A stretch of 64,000 bases of DNA from NCBI GenBank assembly GCA_046704805.1, contig JBJKRG010000248.1, positions 20,602-84,601 on the forward strand. The letters are read 5' to 3'. This document shows, piece by piece, positions 18,286 through 26,837 of the stretch (its first letter is position 1; every line of letters starts with the position of its first letter). This stretch comes from Gemmatimonadaceae bacterium (lineage in GTDB: Bacteria > Gemmatimonadota > Gemmatimonadetes > Gemmatimonadales > Gemmatimonadaceae). The position numbers were made by a program, and so were the translations under genes. Under the pieces are notes generated by a model. The model searched no databases and was not told where the DNA came from. It saw only the letters and a list, made by a program, of their open reading frames with translations.

Positions 18286-18451
18286 GAGGAAGGCCCGATA
18301 GACCCGTCTCCCCGTCCTACCGGGGATCCAGTACGCCACCACACCTCTGCGTTTGGAATATTTGCGTCACTGATTGCTTGCAGCTATTGCAGCGGATGGC
18401 TGAGAAACTGTAAATTCGATGCTTCCGACGGCACATTTTGGCGTTTTTTTG

Positions 18452-18464
18452 TGCATGTCATGCA
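18452..18464. promoter_or_regulatory. 13-bp perfect palindrome TGCATGtCATGCA upstream of glnN
   Basis: Read directly, in the AT-rich leader about 55 nt before the glnN start. A GTGCAC palindrome follows at 18473. Confidence 0.3.
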
Positions 18465-18519
18465 TTTTTCTGTGCACGTTCCTACAACTCCCGTTCGCCG
18501 TCCTCAACCCGTTTCATCA

Positions 18520-20733
18520 ATGTCCAGTTCATCGTCCTCGGGCCGCATTGCCGCACTCCGCGATGTGGTCGGCCGCAGCCCTCTGCTCCCCAAGTCGCCT
18601 TATCCCGCGCCCACATCGGCGTACTTCGGAGTCAATACCTTCGGGGCCCGCCAGATGCGCGAGAAGCTGCCGAAGGCCGTCTACGAGAAGCTCGTCGACT
18701 CGATCCGCCTCGGGAACAAGCTCGATCTCGAGATCGCCCCCACAGTAGCGCAGGTGATCAAGGACTGGGCGATCTCCCGCGGGGTGACCCACTTCACCCA
18801 CTGGTTCCAACCGCAGACCGGGCTGACGGCCGAGAAGCACGATGCCTTCCTGACCTTCGATGAGCATCGGGAGCCGATGGAATCATTCAGTGGGGCCCAG
18901 CTCATTCAGAGCGAGCCCGATGCGTCGAGCTTTCCATCGGGTGGCCTCCGGGCAACATGGGAAGCGCGCGGCTACACGGCGTGGAATCCGGCGAGCCCGG
19001 TCTTCATCGTCGAGTCGGGCGGAGTGCGCACGCTGTGCATTCCGTCGGTGTTCATCGGCTACAACGGTGAGGCCCTCGATGAGATGGCCCCGCTGCTTCG
19101 CAGCTCGGACGTGCTGTCCGAGAAGGCCATCGAGCTACTCTCGCTACTCGGTGACAAGGGCGTTCAGCGTGTGTACACGACCTTGGGACCTGAGCAGGAA
19201 TACTTCCTGATCGACCGCAGCTTCTTCGCCCTGCGCCCGGATCTCGTGATGTCGGGGAGGACGCTGCTCGGGGCCGCACCGCCGCGGGGACAGCAACTCG
19301 AAGATCACTACTTCGCCGGGATTCCGGAGCGGATCCAGGCATGCATCGCCGAGGTCGAGCACGAACTGTACAAGCTGGGCGTGCCGATCGTCACGCGGCA
19401 CAACGAAGTGGCCCCGTCCCAGTACGAGATGGCGCCCACGTACGAGGAGACCGACATCGCGGTCGACCACAACCAGTTGGTGATGGCCACGCTGCGCAAG
19501 GTTGCCCTCCGGCACGGCCTGCAGGCCGTGCTCCACGAGAAGCCCTTCGCCGGCATCAACGGTTCTGGCAAGCACTGCAACTGGTCGATGTCGATTGCAT
19601 CCGACCGACCGGAACTCGACAGCGTCAACCTGCTCAAGCCGGGGGACACGCCGCACCAGAACGTCCGCTTCCTGCTCTTCCTGGCGGCAGTGCTGCAGGC
19701 CGTGCACCGGCATGCCGGCCTGCTGCGGGCGGGCATCGCCTCGTCGGGCAACGAGCATCGCCTCGGGGCCAACGAGGCGCCGCCAGCCGTCATCAGCGTA
19801 TTCATGGGACGCATGCTCACCCAGGTGATCGAGAGCATCGCCAGCGGCAAGACCGTCGGCAGCGCCGAGCAGGCGATGATCAAGCTCGGCATCGCCAAGC
19901 TCCCGGATATCGCGAAGGACAATACCGATCGGAATCGTACGTCGCCGTTCGCCTTCACGGGCAACAAGTTCGAGTTCCGGGCGGTGGGCTCGTCGGCCTC
20001 GATCGCCTTCCCGATCTGTCTGTTGAACGCCGGTGTCGCCGAAGCACTCGGCGAGCTCTCGGCGGCGTTGCGCGCCGAACTCAAGAAGACGAAGCGGGTG
20101 GACGACGCGGTGCTCAAGGTCGTGCGTCCCGTGTTCCGGGCTACCAAGAACGTGCGCTTCGAGGGCAACAACTACGCGCCGGAATGGATCGCCGAGGCCG
20201 AGCGGCGAGGGCTCCCCAACCTGCGGCGGACCCCCGAGGCGCTGGCGCAGTTGATGACGGCGAAGTCGCGCAAGATGTTGACGAGCCTGGGCATCTTCAC
20301 GCGGCAGGAGCTCGACTCCCGGTATCACGTCCGGTTGGAGCGCTACGTGAAGGACATCCTCATCGAAGCGCATACGACCCGCGAGATGGTGGACACCATG
20401 ATTCTACCCGCGGGGTACGCCTACTCGGGCACGCTCACCAAGGCTGCAGCGGACGCGAAAGCAGCGGGCATCTCCGCCGCGGCGCAGGTTCAGGCGGCGG
20501 GCGAGGTCGCCAAGCTGATCGCCGCCGTCCGGCAGAAGCGAGCAACGCTGGGCAGGGCCATCGACAAGGCGGAATCGCTCCACACGAAGTTGGACGAGCA
20601 GGCGAAGTACCTGACCGGCCCCTGTTCCGATGCCATGCACGCGTTGCGCGAGGCGTGCGACACACTCGAGTTGGCGGTGGGTGATCAGCAATGGCCGCTT
20701 CCGAAGTACCGGGAAATGCTGTTTCCGGCCTGA
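18520..20733 (+). CDS. glnN: Glutamine synthetase type III
   Basis: About 737 aa from MSSSSSSGRIAALRD. GSIII-type length, with motifs NEVAPSQYEMAP, HEKPFAGINGSGKHCNWS and RNRTSPFAFTGNKFEFRAVGSS. Confidence 0.9.
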   Translation: MSSSSSSGRIAALRDVVGRSPLLPKSPYPAPTSAYFGVNTFGARQMREKLPKAVYEKLVDSIRLGNKLDLEIAPTVAQVIKDWAISRGVTHFTHWFQPQTGLTAEKHDAFLTFDEHREPMESFSGAQLIQSEPDASSFPSGGLRATWEARGYTAWNPASPVFIVESGGVRTLCIPSVFIGYNGEALDEMAPLLRSSDVLSEKAIELLSLLGDKGVQRVYTTLGPEQEYFLIDRSFFALRPDLVMSGRTLLGAAPPRGQQLEDHYFAGIPERIQACIAEVEHELYKLGVPIVTRHNEVAPSQYEMAPTYEETDIAVDHNQLVMATLRKVALRHGLQAVLHEKPFAGINGSGKHCNWSMSIASDRPELDSVNLLKPGDTPHQNVRFLLFLAAVLQAVHRHAGLLRAGIASSGNEHRLGANEAPPAVISVFMGRMLTQVIESIASGKTVGSAEQAMIKLGIAKLPDIAKDNTDRNRTSPFAFTGNKFEFRAVGSSASIAFPICLLNAGVAEALGELSAALRAELKKTKRVDDAVLKVVRPVFRATKNVRFEGNNYAPEWIAEAERRGLPNLRRTPEALAQLMTAKSRKMLTSLGIFTRQELDSRYHVRLERYVKDILIEAHTTREMVDTMILPAGYAYSGTLTKAAADAKAAGISAAAQVQAAGEVAKLIAAVRQKRATLGRAIDKAESLHTKLDEQAKYLTGPCSDAMHALREACDTLELAVGDQQWPLPKYREMLFPA

Positions 20734-20755
20734 CCCCGCAGCGCTGATGGATCGA

Positions 20756-20786
20756 CGGCCGGTACCCTCACGGGTGCCGGCCGTTT
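20756..20786 (+). terminator. Intrinsic terminator after glnN
   Basis: CGGCCGGTACCC / GGGTGCCGGCCG: 12-bp stem (one G-U pair), 4-nt loop, followed by TTT. Confidence 0.65.
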
Positions 20787-21032
20787 GCGTGCGCCGTCGG
20801 TCCAGAGATCCGGCGAGCCCGTGGAGCCGGCGGTGCCGCGGGGCGGCAACAGGATCGCCTGCCGCGCCGTTCGAGGTACGGCCGGAGGGACCGCCACCAC
20901 GCCGTGCCGGGGGCTCCCCGGCTGTCGGCGGCTACCGGATTCTCGTATCTTCGCGCGGAGTCAGTGCGTCTCTCGGTTCACTGCCGGTTCCGACCACCCC
21001 CACCCCCCACCCCCTACGCCGGAGTCGTCCCC

Positions 21033-21683
21033 ATGCATGCGCGCTTCCCACTGCTGGTGGCTGCCGCTCTCGCAACGATGGTGCCGAACACCGCCATTGC
21101 ACAGAACACCTTTGAAGGTGTGGTCACGTTCAACGTCACGGAGCACGGGGACTCGGTCATTCCCGTCCGGTATTCGATCAAGGGGAGCAAGGTGCGCATG
21201 GACCTCACGGCGAACGGGATGCCCGTGATCATGCTGTACGACCGGAACGCGCGCACCGTCTCCATGGTGATCCCCGCCCAGCAGATGTACATGGAGCAGA
21301 CCATGAACGAAGCCAGTGTCCACATGGACTCGCTGGCCGCGGTCTCCAAGATCAAGTGGACGGGAAAGAAGGAATCGATCGCCGGCCATGAATGCGAGTA
21401 CGCCGCGATCTCGGACGCTGAGGGCACCACCGATGTCTGTCTTGCGAAGGGGTTGGGCTCGTTTGCCCCGATGCGTGGGGGCTTCGGGCGGGGCGGCGGC
21501 GCGCAGACGACCTGGGAGGCCCGGCTCGGCGACGCATTCCCCCTGAAGGCTCTCGACAACAAGGGGAACGTGGAGATGGTCGTCACCAGCATCCAGAAGA
21601 AATCGCTGGACAATTCGTTGTTCACGATTCCCGCTGGATTTACCAAGATGAACATGCCGATGGGTGGTGGCGGAACCCGCTGA
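21033..21683 (+). CDS. Secreted DUF4412-like protein
   Basis: Start at MHARFPLLVAAALATMVPNTAIAQ (signal peptide). FEGVVTFNVTEHGD...KGSKVRMDL...MVIPAQQMYME pattern resembles DUF4412. Confidence 0.55.
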   Translation: MHARFPLLVAAALATMVPNTAIAQNTFEGVVTFNVTEHGDSVIPVRYSIKGSKVRMDLTANGMPVIMLYDRNARTVSMVIPAQQMYMEQTMNEASVHMDSLAAVSKIKWTGKKESIAGHECEYAAISDAEGTTDVCLAKGLGSFAPMRGGFGRGGGAQTTWEARLGDAFPLKALDNKGNVEMVVTSIQKKSLDNSLFTIPAGFTKMNMPMGGGGTR

Positions 21684-21705
21684 GCCGCGGACCCGCCCGG
21701 GCAGG

Positions 21706-23067
21706 TCAGTACTTCCCCAGGTACTCGTCCACCTCCCACCGGCTGACCTGGGAGATATACGCGCGCCATTCCTGCCGCTTGGCGGCCAGGAAATGTTGTG
21801 TCACGTGGTCGCCCAACGCCTCCCGAATCACGGCATCCTTCTCCAGCTCGCGACACGCTTCGTTCAGATCGTGCGGGAGATCGTCGATCCGCAGGCGTCG
21901 TTTCTCGCGGTGCGACATCTCCCAGATGTTCTCGTTCACCGGCTCGCGCCAGTCAATCTTGGTCTCGATCCCGTCCAGGCCCGCGGCGAGCATTGCCGCC
22001 AGCGCGAGGTACGGATTGGCTGAAGGGTCCGGGACCCGGTGCTCGACCCGGGTCCCCGGGCCACGCCGTTCCGGAATGCGGAGCATCGGTGAGCGGTTCC
22101 GCATCGACCACGCGACGTTCACCGGTGCTTCGAACCCGGGGACGAGTCGCTTGTAGGAATTCACCAACGGGTTGGTGATCGCACAGTATCCCCGGGCGTG
22201 CCTGAGGAGCCCCCCGATGTAGTGCAGCGCCGTCTTCGACAGCTCCCACTGTGCCTTCGGATCCCAGAAGGCGTTCTCGGTCCCACGGAACAGCGATTGG
22301 TGCGTGTGCATGCCGCTCCCGTTCTGCCCGTAGATCGGCTTCGGCATGAAGGAGGCGAAGAGGCCGAACTGCTGGGCGACGTACTTCACCACGAATCGGA
22401 ACGTCGCGATGTTGTCCGCCGTCGTCAGCGCGTCGGCGTACCGGAAGTCGATCTCGTGCTGCCCGTGGGCCACTTCGTGGTGTCCCGCCTCGACCTCGAA
22501 TCCCATGCGTTCGAGGGTATCGACGATGCCCCGCCGTGCATCCTCACCGAGGTCCACGGGGGCCAGGTCGAAGTATCCGCCCACGTCGTGCGTGCGGGTC
22601 GTCGCCTCCCCGTCCGGGCCGCGCCGGAACATGAAGAACTCCGCCTCCATCCCCGCGTTCATCGAGAACCCCAGCTTCGCGGCGCGGGCCAGTTGGCGCT
22701 TCAGCACTCCCCGCGGATCTCCTGGAAACGGCGAACCGTCGGGCAGATTGATGTCGCAGATGACCCGGCAGACCCGGCTCTCGGTGTCGGTCCACGGGAA
22801 GACCACGAACGTGGACAGGTCCGGAGCCAGCAACATGTCGGACTCCTCGATGCGGACGAATCCCTCGATCGACGACCCGTCGAACATGATGTCCCCGGCG
22901 AGAGCTTTCTCGAACTGCGACGCCGGAATCTCGACGTTCTTGTTGACGCCCAGGATGTCCGTGAATTGCAGCCGCATGAAGCGAACGTTCAGCCGCGTGG
23001 CGAGCTCGAGGACATCTTTGGCACGAGCACCCGACAGATTGGGTGTGAGCGATCGAGATGGGGGCAT
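21706..23067 (-). CDS. glnA: Glutamine synthetase type I
   Basis: Start re-picked at MPPSRSLTPNL (cat at 23065-23067), giving 453 aa. FMRLQFTDILG, FDGSSIEGF, MPKPIYGQNGSGMHTHQSL and NRSPMLRIP motifs. Confidence 0.9.
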   Translation of the reverse strand: MPPSRSLTPNLSGARAKDVLELATRLNVRFMRLQFTDILGVNKNVEIPASQFEKALAGDIMFDGSSIEGFVRIEESDMLLAPDLSTFVVFPWTDTESRVCRVICDINLPDGSPFPGDPRGVLKRQLARAAKLGFSMNAGMEAEFFMFRRGPDGEATTRTHDVGGYFDLAPVDLGEDARRGIVDTLERMGFEVEAGHHEVAHGQHEIDFRYADALTTADNIATFRFVVKYVAQQFGLFASFMPKPIYGQNGSGMHTHQSLFRGTENAFWDPKAQWELSKTALHYIGGLLRHARGYCAITNPLVNSYKRLVPGFEAPVNVAWSMRNRSPMLRIPERRGPGTRVEHRVPDPSANPYLALAAMLAAGLDGIETKIDWREPVNENIWEMSHREKRRLRIDDLPHDLNEACRELEKDAVIREALGDHVTQHFLAAKRQEWRAYISQVSRWEVDEYLGKY

Positions 23068-23219
23068 GAGCGGAAGTCGAATGCGGAAGAGCCGCCGGAG
23101 AGCCCGGTATGGCGCGTGCGGTTCAAGCTCCCCTGCGCGGCGCGGAATGTCAAAGGGTCCGCAGCGCCCGGGAGGCGCCACCCTCCCCGATGGTCACGCA
23201 GGCGCTAACTTATCCCCCC

Positions 23220-24050
23220 ATGAATGAGCCCTCTTCCCCCGCGCCGGCCGCAGCCCCCTGCCCGAACTGCGGCGCGCCCGCCAGTGGTCGTTTCTGCTCC
23301 AACTGCGGCGCACCACTCGGCGGTGTCGCGTGCGGCGCCTGCGGGGCCGAGCTGGCCCCCGGTGCCAAGTTCTGTCACCGGTGCGGGACGCCCGTCGCCG
23401 TTCCCGGAAGCGCGACTGCGGCTCCGGCCGCCGCCGCCTCTACCGGCGCACCCTCCCCGGCGAACGGCTCGAAGAGCACGCTGCCGTGGGCAGTGGCGGC
23501 GATAGCCGTGCTGGCGCTCGTGGCGATGTTTGCCGGCCAGCGGTTCGCGCAGGCCGGATCGAACGGGAGCCCCGCCGCTGCCGCTTCCGATGGCGGTGGT
23601 CTGATGCCCTCGGGACCGGCGCCGGACATCAGTCAGATGTCCCCCGAGGAGCAGGCCCAGCGACTCTACGACCTCATGATGCGCGCCTACGAGGGCGGCC
23701 ACACGGACACTCTCCAGATGTTCGCCCCGATGGCCACGGCCGCGTACGAGCGGCTCGATACCATGACGCTCGACGATCGCTATGACCTTGGCCGGCTTGG
23801 CGAGATCACGGGCAACCCGGCGCTCGCCGCTGCCGAAGCCGATACGATTCTCAAGCAGGATCCGAACCATCTGCTGGGACTCATTCTCGCCGCCGAGGCG
23901 GCAGGCTCCCGCGGCGATTCGGCGGTCGAGAAACGCTATCTGCAGCGGCTGCTCAAGGTGGCGCCTGCGGAACAGCGCAAGAAACTCCCGGAATACCAGC
24001 AGCACGAGAACGACATCAAAGCCGCCCTCGCCCAGGCACGTAAGGGATAG
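23220..24050 (+). CDS. Double zinc-ribbon / single-TM / TPR-like protein
   Basis: CPNCGAPASGRFCSNCGAPLGGVACGACGAELAPGAKFCHRCG, then TM LPWAVAAIAVLALVAMFAG, then a helical repeat C-domain. Confidence 0.6.
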   Translation: MNEPSSPAPAAAPCPNCGAPASGRFCSNCGAPLGGVACGACGAELAPGAKFCHRCGTPVAVPGSATAAPAAAASTGAPSPANGSKSTLPWAVAAIAVLALVAMFAGQRFAQAGSNGSPAAAASDGGGLMPSGPAPDISQMSPEEQAQRLYDLMMRAYEGGHTDTLQMFAPMATAAYERLDTMTLDDRYDLGRLGEITGNPALAAAEADTILKQDPNHLLGLILAAEAAGSRGDSAVEKRYLQRLLKVAPAEQRKKLPEYQQHENDIKAALAQARKG

Positions 24051-24074
24051 GCACCGGCATTTCCTCTCAGGCCG

Positions 24075-24911
24075 ATGACCCGCACAATTCACGTCGCGCA
24101 CAGTCCGGATTCGGACGACGCGTTCATGTTCTACGCACTCGCCGAAGGCAAGATCGACACCGAGGGGCTCACCTACGTGCACGAGCTCCAGGACATCGAA
24201 TCCTTGAACCAGCGTGCGATGCGGGCCGAGCTCGAAGTGACGGCCGTTTCGATTCACGCCTACGCCTATCTCGCCGATCGGTACGCGCTCCTCCCGCACG
24301 GAGCATCGATCGGGGATCGGTATGGACCACGGCTCGTTGCGCGCACGCCCATGACCCGCGAAGGCCTCCGGGGTACGCGTATCGCCATTCCCGGCTACAA
24401 GACCACGGCCTACCTGTCGTTGCGTCTCTTTCAACCCGAGTTCGAGCCCGTTCCGATCCCATTCGACCAGATCGAGGACGCCGTTGTCGATGGAAAGGCG
24501 GATGTGGGGCTACTGATCCACGAGGGACAGCTGACCTTCGGGGATCAGGGCCTTCATCTCATTCAGGACCTCGGCGAGTGGTGGTATCAGGAGACCGGGC
24601 TGCCGCTTCCGCTTGGCGGGAACGTCATCAGAAAGGACCTTGGAAGCGACTTGATTCGTAAGATTTCGCGACACTTACGAGCCAGTATTGCGTATGCGTT
24701 AGAACACCGTGACGACGCGCTCGACCACGCCATGAAGTTCGCCAGAGGGCTCGAGCGCTCGCGCGCCGACACGTTCGTCGGCATGTACGTCAACGACTGG
24801 ACCCTGGACTACGGGGAGCGGGGGCGCGAGGCGGTCCGGTTGCTTCTGGATCGCGGCGCAGCGGCCGGTGTGATTCCACAGCGGGTGCCCGTGGAGTTCG
24901 TGGACGACTGA
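24075..24911 (+). CDS. MqnA/MqnD-family (futalosine-pathway, periplasmic-binding-fold) protein
   Basis: 278 aa. IHVAHSPDSDDAFMFYALAEGKID... and the C-terminal YVNDWTLDYGERG resemble the VitK2_biosynth family. Assignment to MqnA versus MqnD is not resolved. Confidence 0.65.
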   Translation: MTRTIHVAHSPDSDDAFMFYALAEGKIDTEGLTYVHELQDIESLNQRAMRAELEVTAVSIHAYAYLADRYALLPHGASIGDRYGPRLVARTPMTREGLRGTRIAIPGYKTTAYLSLRLFQPEFEPVPIPFDQIEDAVVDGKADVGLLIHEGQLTFGDQGLHLIQDLGEWWYQETGLPLPLGGNVIRKDLGSDLIRKISRHLRASIAYALEHRDDALDHAMKFARGLERSRADTFVGMYVNDWTLDYGERGREAVRLLLDRGAAAGVIPQRVPVEFVDD

Positions 24912-25194
24912 GCGCGGAGGTCTGCGGCGGTGACGGCCGCCGGCGCCGCACGTCCTGTTCACCGACCGTTCGCGGGGCCATACCTCCCCGTGATGTCCCG
25001 CCGAAGCCGCGTCCGCGGAAGCGCTTGACGGAACGAGGTCGGGATTGTACTAGGGAGTTGTCGCACCATCGGGTACGGCGCGACCGGGTGCAAGGAACCG
25101 CGTTGGGCGCCGTGTTCCATTGCCCTTCCAACAGCAAATCGACGACGACTGCGCGCGCGCAGGATATCCCTATACCAACACGAGGAGGCGGGCA

Positions 25195-25896
25195 ATGCTG
25201 CGGGGCGAAAAGCTGAACGACCCGTTCGGGTTTTCCGATCGTGACGAGGATTCGGAAGACCTGGGCTACGGCGGAGGATCATCTTACGACGACGACGATG
25301 AGGAAGACGGCGGCTGGATGACCCACAAGGACGACAGCGACGACTTGTGGGATAGCACCGAAGACCTCGAGGAGGAGGAAGAGGAGACCGAGGTGTTCGC
25401 GGAGTCGGGCGAGGAAGAGGAGGAGGAGGATCTGTTCGGTGGGCAGTCGTCCGTCGCCACCCCGCCACCGGCAAGCACGCCGGCACCAGCGCCGGCCCCT
25501 GCCCCCGCTGCTGCCGCACCTGTTCCCACTCCCCCCAAGGCACCGGCGAAGAAAGCGGTGAAAGAGGCAGCCAAGACGAAGCCGGTGAAGAACGCCGTCA
25601 AGAAGAAGCCGGCCAAGAAAGCCGCGAAGAAAGTCGCCAGGAAGAAGACCGTGAAGAAGGCAGCCAAGAAGAAACCGGCCAAGAAGAAGCTGGCCAAGAA
25701 GGCCGCCAGGAAGCCGGCCAGGAAAGCGACCGGGAAGCGCCCCGCCAAGAAGGCCGTGCGGAAGCGGCCCGTCCGCAAGGCGACGCGCAAACCCGCCAAG
25801 AAGAAGACGGCCAAACGGCCCGCGAAGAAGGCCCGCCGCGCCCCCGCCCGCGGGGCGGCACGGAAACAGAAGTCCACCAGGAAACGCCGCCGTTAG
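25195..25896 (+). CDS. Bipartite acidic / Lys-Ala-rich histone-H1-like protein
   Basis: Strong RBS GAGGAGG 6 nt before the ATG at 25195. The N-half is rich in D/E runs (DDDDEEDGG, EEEEEETE, EEEEEED). The C-half consists of AKK/PAKK repeats ending RKRRR. Confidence 0.7.
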   Translation: MLRGEKLNDPFGFSDRDEDSEDLGYGGGSSYDDDDEEDGGWMTHKDDSDDLWDSTEDLEEEEEETEVFAESGEEEEEEDLFGGQSSVATPPPASTPAPAPAPAPAAAAPVPTPPKAPAKKAVKEAAKTKPVKNAVKKKPAKKAAKKVARKKTVKKAAKKKPAKKKLAKKAARKPARKATGKRPAKKAVRKRPVRKATRKPAKKKTAKRPAKKARRAPARGAARKQKSTRKRRR

Positions 25897-25925
25897 AACG
25901 CGGCCCCGCCGTCTCGTCGACATTC

Positions 25926-25958
25926 GAGCAGCAGGAACGGTCTCCGTTTCTGCTGCTC
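25926..25958 (+). terminator. Hairpin after the histone-like gene
   Basis: GAGCAGCAGGAAC / GTTTCTGCTGCTC: 13-bp stem with one G-U pair, 7-nt loop. No U-run follows. Confidence 0.5.
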
Positions 25959-26044
25959 TCGTGCGTTCGGCCTCTCACCCCCGATCATCGCGCCCGTTAT
26001 TGTTGTCACATGTGGACACCCGGCACTCCCCACCCCCGCCAGCC

Positions 26045-26593
26045 ATGTCCGACACTCAGGTAGGTCTGCTTCGCGCCCATGCCCGCCATGCGCCCTGGAA
26101 TGCCCGCGGGCTGGCCGCGCACGCCACGGCGCTGGTGGATGCGGCGGGGGTGAGACCAACCAACGCTTCGGCACGGGCCGCACCGAGCGCGCGGGCCATC
26201 CGGTTCTACGTCGCCAGCGGGCTCCTCGACCACCCACAGGGAGCCGGGACGGCAGCCACCTACGGATACCGCCATCTCCTGCAACTCCTGGCGATCAAGA
26301 TCCGGCAGCGGGAGGGCGCGACACTGGAGGCAATCAAGCAGGAGATGCAGGACGTCACGGGCGACGCGCTCGAGCGTCGGGTGGCGACTTCATTGGCACC
26401 GGCCCTTGCCGTCCGAGCCGACGCCGCAGCGGCGCAGCAGGACGACATGCCGGCCGTGGCGTGGCATCGTGTCGTCGTCGGCGACGGGATCGAGCTGCAC
26501 GTGCGGGGGGACTCACCGGCAGCCGACCCGGATGCGCTCATCGCCATGCGCGAGGCGGTCCGCGCCGCCTTGGGACGTGAGGAGTTCCGATAG
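26045..26593 (+). CDS. MerR-like HTH domain protein
   Basis: Start at MSDTQVGLL. ARAIRFYVASGLLDHPQG...YGYRHLLQLLAIKIRQREGATLEAIKQEM matches the MerR HTH plus coiled-coil pattern. Confidence 0.55.
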   Translation: MSDTQVGLLRAHARHAPWNARGLAAHATALVDAAGVRPTNASARAAPSARAIRFYVASGLLDHPQGAGTAATYGYRHLLQLLAIKIRQREGATLEAIKQEMQDVTGDALERRVATSLAPALAVRADAAAAQQDDMPAVAWHRVVVGDGIELHVRGDSPAADPDALIAMREAVRAALGREEFR

Positions 26594-26594
26594 C

Positions 26595-26816
26595 GTGCCG
26601 CAACGTCAGGCCCTGGTCCCCGGGGTCGGCCGGGCCGGTGAGATCGTGGCCGGGACGTTCGCCGAGCAGGGTAATCTGGTCCTTCTGGTCGAGCGCAACT
26701 CCGGCCGCATCTCGGCACATGCGCCCGCGTTCTCGGCGCACGCGGCGACGCGCGCCCTCCTGCCATCGCTGCGTGCCGCACGTGCGATCACAGGTCAGGC
26801 CGTTCGGCTCGGGTGA
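26595..26816 (+). CDS. Small hypothetical protein, translationally coupled to the MerR-like gene
   Basis: GTG start 1 nt after the MerR-like TAG stop. 73 codons with high GC3. No recognisable motif. Confidence 0.3.
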   Translation: MPQRQALVPGVGRAGEIVAGTFAEQGNLVLLVERNSGRISAHAPAFSAHAATRALLPSLRAARAITGQAVRLG

Positions 26817-26837
26817 CGGAGCGGAACGCTCCAGGCA

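Noticed and set aside
18429-18443. Sigma-54-like element cGGCACattttgGCg in the glnN leader.
   Set aside because: The GG and GC dinucleotides are one nucleotide closer than in the TGGCAC-N5-TTGC consensus (compare glnAp2), and spacing is strict for RpoN promoters. The TTGC half is also poor.
25540-25880. Repetitive DNA in the Lys-rich region (and the GAn-rich tract at 10590-10650) as a possible tandem repeat or CRISPR-like array.
   Set aside because: The repeats are imperfect and in-frame, and they simply encode low-complexity AKK/PAKK or D/E runs. There is no repeat-spacer periodicity, and no CRISPR array is visible anywhere in the window.
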